64,000 nucleotides of DNA from Auanema rhodensis. Lineage: Eukaryota; Animalia; Nematoda. A program made the position numbers and the translations under genes. The DNA lies in assembly GCA_964057225.1 (NCBI GenBank), contig OZ059900.1, positions 16,120,001 through 16,184,000 on the forward strand, in the 5' to 3' direction. Of this stretch, positions 53,201 to 64,000 are shown piece after piece. How positions within the stretch are numbered: the first letter of the stretch is position 1; each line of letters begins with the position of its first letter. The notes below the pieces were generated by a model that was not told the DNA's origin, ran no database searches, and saw nothing but the letters and a program-made list of their open reading frames with translations.

Positions 53201-56200
53201 TTATGCTGGAAAACCAGTTTTTGGAAATTTCGCTGTAAACAAGGTTTTGACTTACGATTTCATGTGTTCAAACTCATGCAATGTCAATGAAACCTAGCTC
53301 AAAATTGTTCGTACAACGTCTAGTTCCACTTTCACGACAAAAAAACAAGGGTTAGAAAATTAAGGAAATTAGCATATTCTGAGGGCACGCCCCTTATGGC
53401 TAATATTGATTAAATCGATTTTTGTTCATATGAGTCGTCAAATGCAACGAATTTCAGCGTGTTACATACTAAAATGAAGTATTTTACATGCTGAACACTA
53501 GAAAAATACAAAAACACAGTATTTCCCATGAGAAATATTTTATTATGCTGGAAAACCAGTTTTTGGAAATTTCGCTGTAAACAAGGTTTTGACTTACGAT
53601 TTCATGTGTTCAAACTCATGCAATGTCAATGAAACCTAGCTCAAAAATGTTCATACAACGTCTAGTTCCACTTTCACGACAAAAAAACAGGGGTTAGAAA
53701 ATTAAGGAAATTAGCATATTCTGAGGGCACGCCCCTTATGGCTAATATTGATTAAATCGATTTTTGTTCATATGAGTCGTTAAATGCAACGAATTTCAGC
53801 GTGTTACATACTAAAATGAAGCATTTTACATGCTGAACACTAGAAGAATACAAAAACACAGTATTTCCCATGAGAAATATTTTATTATGCTGGAAAACCA
53901 GTTTTTGGAAATTTCGCTGTAAACAAGGTTTTGACTTACGATTTCATGTGTTCAAACTCATGCAATGTCAATGAAACCTAGCTCAAAATTGTTCGTACAA
54001 CGTCTAGTTCCACTTTCACGACAAAAAACAGGGGTTAGAAATTTAAGGAAATTAGCATATTCTGAGGGCACGCCCCTTATGGCTAATATTGATTAAATCG
54101 ATTTTTGTTCATATGAGTCGTCAAATGCAACGAATTTCAGCGTGTTACATACTAAAATGAAGCATTTTACATGCTGAACACTAGAAAAATACAAAAACAC
54201 AGTATTTCCCATGAGAAATATTTTATTATGCTGGAAAACCAGTTTTTGGAAATTTCGCTGTAAACAAGGTTTTGACTTACGATTTCATGTGTTCAAACTC
54301 ATGCAATGTCAATGAAACCTAGCTCAAAATTGTTCGTACAACGTCTAGTTCCACTTTCACGACAAAAAAACAGGGGTTAGAAAATTAAGGAAATTAGCAT
54401 ATTCTGAGGGCACGCCCCTTATGGCTAATATTGATTAAATCGATTTTTGTTCATATGAGTCGTCAAATGCAACGAATTTCAGCGTGCTACATACTAAAAT
54501 GAAGCATTTTACATGCTGAACACTAGAAATATACAAAAACACAGTATTTCCCATGAGAAATATTTTATTATGCTGGAAAACCAGTTTTTGGAAATTTCGC
54601 TGTAAACAAGGTTTTGACTTACGATTTCATGTGTTCAAACTCATGCAATGTCAATGAAACCTAGCTCAAAATTGTTCGTACAACGTCTAGTTCCACTTTC
54701 ACGACAAAAAAACAGGGGTTAGAAAATTAAGGAAATTAGCATATTCTGAGGGCACGCCCCTTATGGCTAATATTGATTAAATCGATTTTTGTTCATATGA
54801 GTCGTCAAATGCAACGAATTTCAGCGTGTTACATACTAAAATGAAGCATTTTACATGCTGAACACTAGAAGAATACAAAAACACAGTATTTCCCATGAGA
54901 AATATTTTATTATGCTGGAAAACCAGTTTTTGGAAATTTCGCTGTAAACAAGGTTTTGACTTACGATTTCATGTGTTCAAACTCATGCAATGTCAATGAA
55001 ACCTAGCTCAAAATTGTTCGTACAACGTCTAGTTCCACTTTCACGACAAAAAAACAGGGGTTAGAAAATTAAGAAAATTAGCATATTCTGAGGGCACGCC
55101 CCTTATGGCTAATATTGATTAAATCGATTTTTGTTCATATGAGTCGTCAAATGCAACGAATTTCAGCGTGTTACATACTAAAATGAAGCATTTTACATGC
55201 TGAACACTAGAAGAATACAAAAACACAGTATTTCCCATGAGAAATATTTTATTATGCTGGAAAACCAGTTTTTGGAAATTTCGCTGTAAACAAGGTTTTG
55301 ACTTACGATTTCATGTGTTCAAACTCATGCAATGTCAATGAAACCTAGCTCAAAATTGTTCGTACAACGTCTAGTTCCACTTTCACGACAAAAAAACAGG
55401 GGTTAGAAAATTAAGGAAATTAGCATATTCTGAGGGCACGCCCCTTATGGCTAATATTGATTAAATCGATTTTTGTTCATATGAGTCGTCAAATGCAACG
55501 AATTTCAGCGTGTTACATACTAAAATGAAGCATTTTACATGCTGAACACTAGAAGAATACAAAAACACAGTATTTCCCATGAGAAATATTTTATTATGCT
55601 GGAAAACCAGTTTTTGGAAATTTCGCTGTAAACAAGGTTTTGACTTACGATTTCATGTGTTCAAACTCATGCAATGTCAATGAAACCTAGCTCAAAATTG
55701 TTCGTACAACGTCTAGTTCCACTTTCACGACAAAAAAACAGGGGTTAGAAAATTAAGGAAATTAGCATATTCTGAGGGCACGCCCCTTATGGCTAATATT
55801 GATTAAATCGATTTTTGTTCATATGAGTCGTCAAATGCAACGAATTTCAGCGTGTTACATACTAAAATGAAGCATTTTACATGCTGAACACTAGAAAAAA
55901 ACAAAAACACAGTATTTCCCATGAGAAATATTTTATTATGCTGGAAAACCAGTTTTTGGAAATTTCGCTGTAAACAAGGTTTTGACTTACGATTTCATGT
56001 GTTCAAACTCATGCAATGTCAATGAAACTTAGCTCAAAATTGTTCGTACAACGTCTAGTTCCACTTTCACGACAAAAAAACAGGGGTTAGAAAATTAAGG
56101 AAATTAGCATATTCTGAGGGCACGCCCCTTATAGCTAATATTGATTAAATCGATTTTTGTTCATATGAGTCGTCAAATGCAACGAATTTCAGCGTGTTAC

Positions 56201-56350
56201 ATACTAAAATGAAGCATTTTACATGCTGAACACTAGAAAAATACAAAAACACAGTATTTCCCATGAGAAATATTTTATTATGCTGGAAAACCAGTTTTTG
56301 GAAATTTCGCTGTAAACAAGGTTTTGACTTACGATTTCATGTGTTCAAAC
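44230..56350. repeat. Variable-period (6, 8, 13 monomer) higher-order blocks in array B (boundaries approximate)
   Basis: The linked pair GCGTGCTACA + AGAAATATAC occurs at 45256, 47307, 50042 and 54487 (spacings 2051, 2735, 4445). GAAGTATTTT 49035/53480 and the three-SNP haplotype monomers 51423/55868 are also +4445. Confidence 0.8.
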
Positions 56351-57235
56351 TCATGCAATGTCAATGAAACCTAGCTCAAAATTGTTCGTACAACGTCTAG
56401 TTCCACTTTCACGACAAAAAAACAGGGGTTAGAAAATTAAGGAAATTAGCATATTCTGAGGGCACGCCCCTTATGGCTAATATTGATTAAATCGATTTTT
56501 GTTCATATGAGTCGTCAAATGCAACGAATTTCAGCGTGTTACATACTAAAATGAAGCATTTTACATGCTGAACACTAGAAAAATACAAAAACACAGTATT
56601 TCCCATGAGAAATATTTTATTATGCTGGAAAACCAGTTTTTGGAAATTTCGCTGTAAACAAGGTTTTGACTTACGATTTCATGTGTTCAAACTCATGCAA
56701 TGTCAATGAAACCTAGCTCAAAATTGTTCGTACAACGTCTAGTTCCACTTTCACGACAAAAAAACAGGGGTCAGAAAATTAAGGAAATTAGCATATTCTG
56801 AGGGCACGCCCCTTATGGCTAATATTGATTAAATCGATTTTTGTTCATATGAGTCGTCAAATGCAACGAATTTCAGCGTGTTACATACTAAAATGAAGCA
56901 TTTTACATGCTGAACACTAGAAAAATACAAAAACACAGTATTTCCCATGAGAAATATTTTATTATGCTGGAAAACCAGTTTTTGGAAATTTCGCTGTAAA
57001 CAAGGTTTTGACTTACGATTTCATGTGTTCAAACTCATGCAATGTCAATGAAACCTAGCTCAAAATTGTTCGTACAACGTCTAGTTCCACTTTCACGACA
57101 AAAAAACAGGGGTTAGAAAATTAAGGAAATTAGCATATTCTGAGGGCACGCCCCTTATGGCTAATATTGATTAAATCGATTTTTGTTCATATGAGTCGTC
57201 AAATGCAACGAATTTCAGCGTGTTACATACTAAAA

Positions 57236-59970
57236 TGAACCATTTTACATGCTGAACACTAGAAAAATACAAAAACACAGTATTTCCCATGAGAAATATT
57301 TTATTATGCTGGAAAACCAGTTTTTGGAAATTTCGCTGTAAACAAGGTTTTGACTTACGATTTCATGTGTTCAAACTCATGCAATGTCAATGAAACCTAG
57401 CTCAAAATTGTTCGTACAACGTCTAGTTCCACTTTCACGACAAAAAAACAGGGGTTAGAAAATTAAGGAAATTAGCATATTCTGAGGGCACGCCCCTTAT
57501 GGCTAATATTGATTAAATCGATTTTTGTTCATATGATTCGTCAAATGCAACGAATTTCAGCGTGTTACATACTAAAATGAAGCATTTTACATGCTGAACA
57601 CTAGAAAAATACAAAAACACAGTATTTCCCATGAGAAATGTTTTATTATGCTGGAAAACCAGTTTTTGGAAATTTCGCTGTAAACAAGGTTTTGACTTAC
57701 GATTTCATGTGTTCAAACTCATGCAATGTCAATGAAACCTAGCTCAAAATTGTTCGTACAACGTCTAGTTCCACTTTCACGACAAAAAAACAAGGGTTAG
57801 AAAATTAAGGAAATTAGCATATTCTGAGGGCACGCCCCTTATGGCTAATATTGATTAAATCGATTTTTGTTCATATGAGTCGTCAAATGCAACGAATTTC
57901 AGCGTGTTACATACTAAAATGAAGTATTTTACATGCTGAACACTAGAAAAATACAAAAACACAGTATTTCCCATGAGAAATATTTTATTATGCTGGAAAA
58001 CCAGTTTTTGGAAATTTCGCTGTAAACAAGGTTTTGACTTACGATTTCATGTGTTCAAACTCATGCAATGTCAATGAAACCTAGCTCAAAAATGTTCGTA
58101 CAACGTCTAGTTCCACTTTCACGACAAAAAAACAGGGGTTAGAAAATTAAGGAAATTAGCATATTCTGAGGGCACGCCCCTTATGGCTAATATTGATTAA
58201 ATCGATTTTTGTTCATATGAGTCGTCAAATGCAACGAATTTCAGCGTGTTACATACTAAAATGAAGCATTTTACATGCTGAACACTAGAAGAATACAAAA
58301 ACACAGTATTTCCCATGAGAAATATTTTATTATGCTGGAAAACCAGTTTTTGGAAATTTCGCTGTAAACAAGGTTTTGACTTACGATTTCATGTGTTCAA
58401 ACTCATGCAATGTCAATGAAACCTAGCTCAAAATTGTTCGTACAACGTCTAGTTCCACTTTCACGACAAAAAACAGGGGTTAGAAATTTAAGGAAATTAG
58501 CATATTCTGAGGGCACGCCCCTTATGGCTAATATTGATTAAATCGATTTTTGTTCATATGAGTCGTCAAATGCAACGAATTTCAGCGTGTTACATACTAA
58601 AATGAACCATTTTACATGCTGAACACTAGAAAAATACAAAAACACAGTATTTCCCATGAGAAATATTTTATTATGCTGGAAAACCAGTTTTTGGAAATTT
58701 CGCTGTAAACAAGGTTTTGACTTACGATTTCATGTGTTCAAACTCATGCAATGTCAATGAAACCTAGCTCAAAATTGTTCGTACAACGTCTAGTTCCACT
58801 TTCACGACAAAAAAACAGGGGTTAGAAAATTAAGGAAATTAGCATATTCTGAGGGCACGCCCCTTATGGCTAATATTGATTAAATCGATTTTTGTTCATA
58901 TGATTCGTCAAATGCAACGAATTTCAGCGTGTTACATACTAAAATGAAGCATTTTACATGCTGAACACTAGAAAAATACAAAAACACAGTATTTCCCATG
59001 AGAAATGTTTTATTATGCTGGAAAACCAGTTTTTGGAAATTTCGCTGTAAACAAGGTTTTGACTTACGATTTCATGTGTTCAAACTCATGCAATGTCAAT
59101 GAAACCTAGCTCAAAATTGTTCGTACAACGTCTAGTTCCACTTTCACGACAAAAAAACAAGGGTTAGAAAATTAAGGAAATTAGCATATTCTGAGGGCAC
59201 GCCCCTTATGGCTAATATTGATTAAATCGATTTTTGTTCATATGAGTCGTCAAATGCAACGAATTTCAGCGTGTTACATACTAAAATGAAGTATTTTACA
59301 TGCTGAACACTAGAAAAATACAAAAACACAGTATTTCCCATGAGAAATATTTTATTATGCTGGAAAACCAGTTTTTGGAAATTTCGCTGTAAACAAGGTT
59401 TTGACTTACGATTTCATGTGTTCAAACTCATGCAATGTCAATGAAACCTAGCTCAAAAATGTTCGTACAACGTCTAGTTCCACTTTCACGACAAAAAAAC
59501 AGGGGTTAGAAAATTAAGGAAATTAGCATATTCTGAGGGCACGCCCCTTATGGCTAATATTGATTAAATCGATTTTTGTTCATATGAGTCGTCAAATGCA
59601 ACGAATTTCAGCGTGTTACATACTAAAATGAAGCATTTTACATGCTGAACACTAGAAGAATACAAAAACACAGTATTTCCCATGAGAAATATTTTATTAT
59701 GCTGGAAAACCAGTTTTTGGAAATTTCGCTGTAAACAAGGTTTTGACTTACGATTTCATGTGTTCAAACTCATGCAATGTCAATGAAACCTAGCTCAAAA
59801 TTGTTCGTACAACGTCTAGTTCCACTTTCACGACAAAAAACAGGGGTTAGAAATTTAAGGAAATTAGCATATTCTGAGGGCACGCCCCTTATGGCTAATA
59901 TTGATTAAATCGATTTTTGTTCATATGAGTCGTCAAATGCAACGAATTTCAGCGTGTTACATACTAAAAT
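57236..59970. repeat. Tandem duplication of 4 B monomers (1367-bp period)
   Basis: The ordered series [GAACC+GATTCG][GAAATGTT+CAAGGG][GAAGTA+AAAAATG][GAAGAATAC+A6+AATTTAAG] occurs twice. GAACC is at 57240 and 58607. Confidence 0.85.
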
Positions 59971-62900
59971 GAAGCATTTTACATGCTGAACACTAGAAAA
60001 ATACAAAAACACAGTATTTCCCATGAGAAATATTTTATTATGCTGGAAAACCAGTTTTTGGAAATTTCGCTGTAAACAAGGTTTTGACTTACGATTTCAT
60101 GTGTTCAAACTCATGCAATGTCAATGAAACCTAGCTGAAAATTGTTCGTACAACGTCTAGTTCCACTTTCACGACAAAAAAACAGGGGTTAGAAAATTAA
60201 GGAAATTAGCATATTCTGAGGGCACGCCCCTTATGGCTAATATTGATTAAATCGATTTTTGTTCATATGAGTCGTCAAATGCAACGAATTTCAGCGTGTT
60301 ACATACTAAAATGAAGCACTTTACATGCTGAACACTAGAAAAAAACAAAAACACAGTATTTCCCATGAGAAATATTTTATTATGCTGGAAAACCAGTTTT
60401 TGGAAATTTCGCTGTAAACAAGGTTTTGACTTACGATTTCATGTGTTCAAACTCATGCAATGTCAATGAAACCTAGCTCAAAATTGTTCGTACAACGTCT
60501 AGTTCCACTTTCACGACAAAAAACAGGGGTTAGAAAATTAAGGAAATTAGCATATTCTGAGGGCACGCCCCTTATGGCTAATATTGATTAAATCGATTTT
60601 TGTTCATATGAGTCGTCAAATGCAACGAATTTCAGCGTGTTACATACTAAAATGAAGTATTTTACATGCTGAACACTAGAAAAATACAAAAACACAGTAT
60701 TTCCCATGAGAAATATTTTATTATGCTGGAAAACCAGTTTTTGGAAATTTCGCTGTAAACAAGGTTTTGACTTACGATTTCATGTGTTCAAACTCATGCA
60801 ATGTCAATGAAACCTAGCTCAAAAATGTTCGTACAACGTCTAGTTCCACTTTCACGACAAAAAAACAGGGGTTAGAAAATTAAGGAAATTAGCATATTCT
60901 GAGGGCACGCCCCTTATGGCTAATATTGATTAAATCGATTTTTGTTCATATGAGTCGTCAAATGCAACGAATTTCAGCGTGTTACATACTAAAATGAAGC
61001 ATTTTACATGCTGAACACTAGAAGAATACAAAAACACAGTATTTCCCATGAGAAATATTTTATTATGCTGGAAAACCAGTTTTTGGAAATTTCGCTGTAA
61101 ACAAGGTTTTGACTTACGATTTCATGTGTTCAAACTCATGCAATGTCAATGAAACCTAGCTCAAAATTGTTCGTACAACGTCTAGTTCCACTTTCACGAC
61201 AAAAAACAGGGGTTAGAAATTTAAGGAAATTAGCATATTCTGAGGGCACGCCCCTTATGGCTAATATTGATTAAATCGATTTTTGTTCATATGAGTCGTC
61301 AAATGCAACGAATTTCAGCGTGTTACATACTAAAATGAAGCATTTTACATGCTGAACACTAGAAGAATACAAAAACACAGTATTTCCCATGAGAAATATT
61401 TTATTATGCTGGAAAACCAGTTTTTGGAAATTTCGCTGTAAACAAGGTTTTGACTTACGATTTCATGTGTTCAAACTCATGCAATGTCAATGAAACCTAG
61501 CTCAAAATTGTTCGTACAACGTCTAGTTCCACTTTCACGACAAAAAACAGGGGTTAGAAAATTAAGGAAATTAGCATATTCTGAGGGCACGCCCCTTATG
61601 GCTAATATTGATTAAATCGATTTTTGTTCATATGAGTCGTCAAATGCAACGAATTTCAGCGTGTTACATACTAAAATGAAGCATTTTACATGCTGAACAC
61701 TAAAAAAAAACAAAAACACAGTATTTCCCATGAGAAATATTTTATTATGCTGGAAAACCAGTTTTTGGAAATTTCGCTGTAAACAAGGTTTTGACTTACG
61801 ATTTCATGTGTTCAAGCTCATGCAATGTCAATGAAACTTAGCTCAAAATTGTTCGTACAACGTCTAGTTCCACTTTCACGACAAAAAAACAGGGGTTAGA
61901 AAATTAAGGAAATTAGCATATTCTGAGGGCACGCCCCTTATGGCTAATATTGATTAAATCGATTTGTGTTCATATGAGTCGTCAAATGCAACGAATTTCA
62001 GTGTGTTACATACTAAAATGAAGCATTTTACATGCTGAACACTAGAAAAATACAAAAACACAGTATTTCCCATGAGAAATATTTTATTATGCTGGAAAAC
62101 CAGTTTTTGGAAATTTCGCTGTAAACAAGGTTTTGACTTACGATTTCATGTGTTCAAACTCATGCAATGTCAATGAAACCTAGCTCAAAATTGTTCGTAC
62201 AACGTCTAGTTCCACTTTCACGACAAAAAAACAGGGGTTAGAAAATTAAGGAAATTAGCATATTCTGAGGGCACGCCCCTTATGGCTAATATTGATTAAA
62301 TCGATTTTTGTTCATATGAGTCGTCAAATGCAACGAATTTCAGCGTGTTACATACTAAAATGAAGCATTTTACATGCTGAACACTAGAAAAATACAAAAA
62401 CACAGTATTTCCCATGAGAAATATTTTATTATGCTGGAAAACCAGTTTTTGGAAATTTCGCTGTAAACAAGGTTTTGACTTACGATTTCATGTGTTCAAA
62501 CTCATGCAATGTCAATGAAACCTAGCTCAAAATTGTTCGTACAACGTCTAGTTCCACTTTCACGACAAAAAAACAGGGGTTAGAAAATTAAGGAAATTAG
62601 CATATTCTGAGGGCACGCCCCTTATGGCTAATATTGATTAAATCGATTTTTGTTCATATGAGTCGTCAAATGCAACGAATTTCTGCGTGTTACATACTAA
62701 AATGAAGCATTTTACATGCTGAACACTAGAAAAAAACAAAAACACAGTATTTCCCATGAGAAATATTTTATTATGCTGGAAAACCAGTTTTTGGAAATTT
62801 CGCTGTAAACAAGGTTTTGACTTACGATTTCATGTGTTCAAACTCATGCAATGTCAATGAAACCTAGCTCAAAATTGTTCGTACAACGTCTAGTTCCACT

Positions 62901-64000
62901 TTCACGACAAAAAAACAGGGGTTAGAAAATTAAGGAAATTAGCATATTCTGAGGGCACGCCCCTTATGGCTAATATTGATTAAATCGATTTTTGTTCATA
63001 TGAGTCGTCAAATGCAACGAATTTCAGCGTGTTACATACTAAAATGAAGCATTTTACATGCTGAACACTAGAAAAATACAAAAACACAGTATTTCCCATG
63101 AGAAATATTTTATTATGCTGGAAAACCAGTTTTTGGAAATTTCGCTGTAAACAAGGTTTTGACTTACGATTTCATGTGTTCAAACTCATGCAATGTCAAT
63201 GAAACCTAGCTCAAAATTGTTTGTACAACGTCTAGTTCCACTTTCACGACAAAAAAACAGGGGTCAGAAAATTAAGGAAATTAGCATATTCTGAGGGCAC
63301 GCCCCTTATGGCTAATATTGATTAAATCGATTTTTGTTCATATGAGTCGTCAAATGCAACGAATTTCAGCGTGTTACATACTAAAATGAAGCATTTTACA
63401 TGCTGAACACTAGAAAAATACAAAAACACAGTATTTCCCATGAGAAATATTTTATTATGCTGGAAAACCAGTTTTTGGAAATTTCGCTGTAAACAAGGTT
63501 TTGACTTACGATTTCATGTGTTCAAACTCATGCAATGTCAATGAAACCTAGCTCAAAATTGTTCGTACAACGTCTAGTTCCACTTTCACGACAAAAAAAC
63601 AGGGGTTAGAAAATTAAGGAAATTAGCATATTCTGAGGGCACGCCCCTTATGGCTAATATTGATTAAATCGATTTTTGTTCATATGAGTCGTCAAATGCA
63701 ACGAATTTCAGCGTGTTACATACTAAAATGAACCATTTTACATGCTGAACACTAGAAAAATACAAAAACACAGTATTTCCCATGAGAAATATTTTATTAT
63801 GCTGGAAAACCAGTTTTTGGAAATTTCGCTGTAAACAAGGTTTTGACTTACGATTTCATGTGTTCAAACTCATGCAATGTCAATGAAACCTAGCTCAAAA
63901 TTGTTCGTACAACGTCTAGTTCCACTTTCACGACAAAAAAACAGGGGTTAGAAAATTAAGGAAATTAGCATATTCTGAGGGCACGCCCCTTATGGCTAAT

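Larger units (their letters stand above)
23728..64000. repeat. Satellite array B, 342-bp monomer (some 341 bp), about 118 head-to-tail copies, continues off the right edge
   Basis: GCATTTTACATGCTGAACAC starts at 23732 and 24074 (342 bp apart) and recurs to the window end. Most copies differ from consensus at 0-3 sites. The 341-bp copies have A6 instead of A7 in CACGACAAAAAAACAGGGG. Consensus G+C is 116/342. Confidence 0.99.

Noticed and set aside
1-64000. CRISPR array or repeat-spacer system
   Set aside because: There are no unique spacers and no cas genes. The whole 232- or 342-bp unit is repeated.
1-64000. Tandem RNA gene cluster (5S, tRNA, snRNA, spliced leader) or rDNA spacer
   Set aside because: I recognised no such gene sequence, cloverleaf or Pol III box in either monomer. 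An Rfam/Infernal search on consensus dimers would settle it.
23728-64000. Assignment of B to a named insect satellite family of similar length
   Set aside because: Length and composition are generically similar to 340-360-bp insect satellites, but I cannot confirm identity without a database search.

Overview
The window contains no genes. It consists of two AT-rich satellite DNA arrays, each head-to-tail, that abut directly. Array A (1-23731) has about 103 copies of a ~232-bp monomer (32% GC by my count). Its length variants include 225, 231, 233 and 240 bp. It has at least three linked-SNP subfamilies, mosaic monomers and nested higher-order duplications (offsets 457, 1147, 2525, 4840 and 7365 bp). 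Array B (23728-64000, running off the window) has about 118 copies of a much more homogeneous 342-bp monomer (34% GC), with occasional 341-bp copies and SNP-marked duplications of 4-13 monomers. The switch between arrays is base-pair sharp. There is no spacer, transposon or target-site duplication, only a 4-bp TGAA microhomology that falls at the apex of an inverted repeat in the 342-bp monomer. I found no convincing colinear homology between the two monomers. The window most plausibly comes from eukaryotic (peri)centromeric heterochromatin; this is an inference, and the taxon and family names cannot be determined from the sequence. All listed ORFs are by-products of the repeats. I see no CRISPR array, RNA gene or mobile element. 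The best candidate for something undescribed is the satellite-satellite junction and the array history readable on each side. All counts and offsets were made by eye and need computational confirmation.
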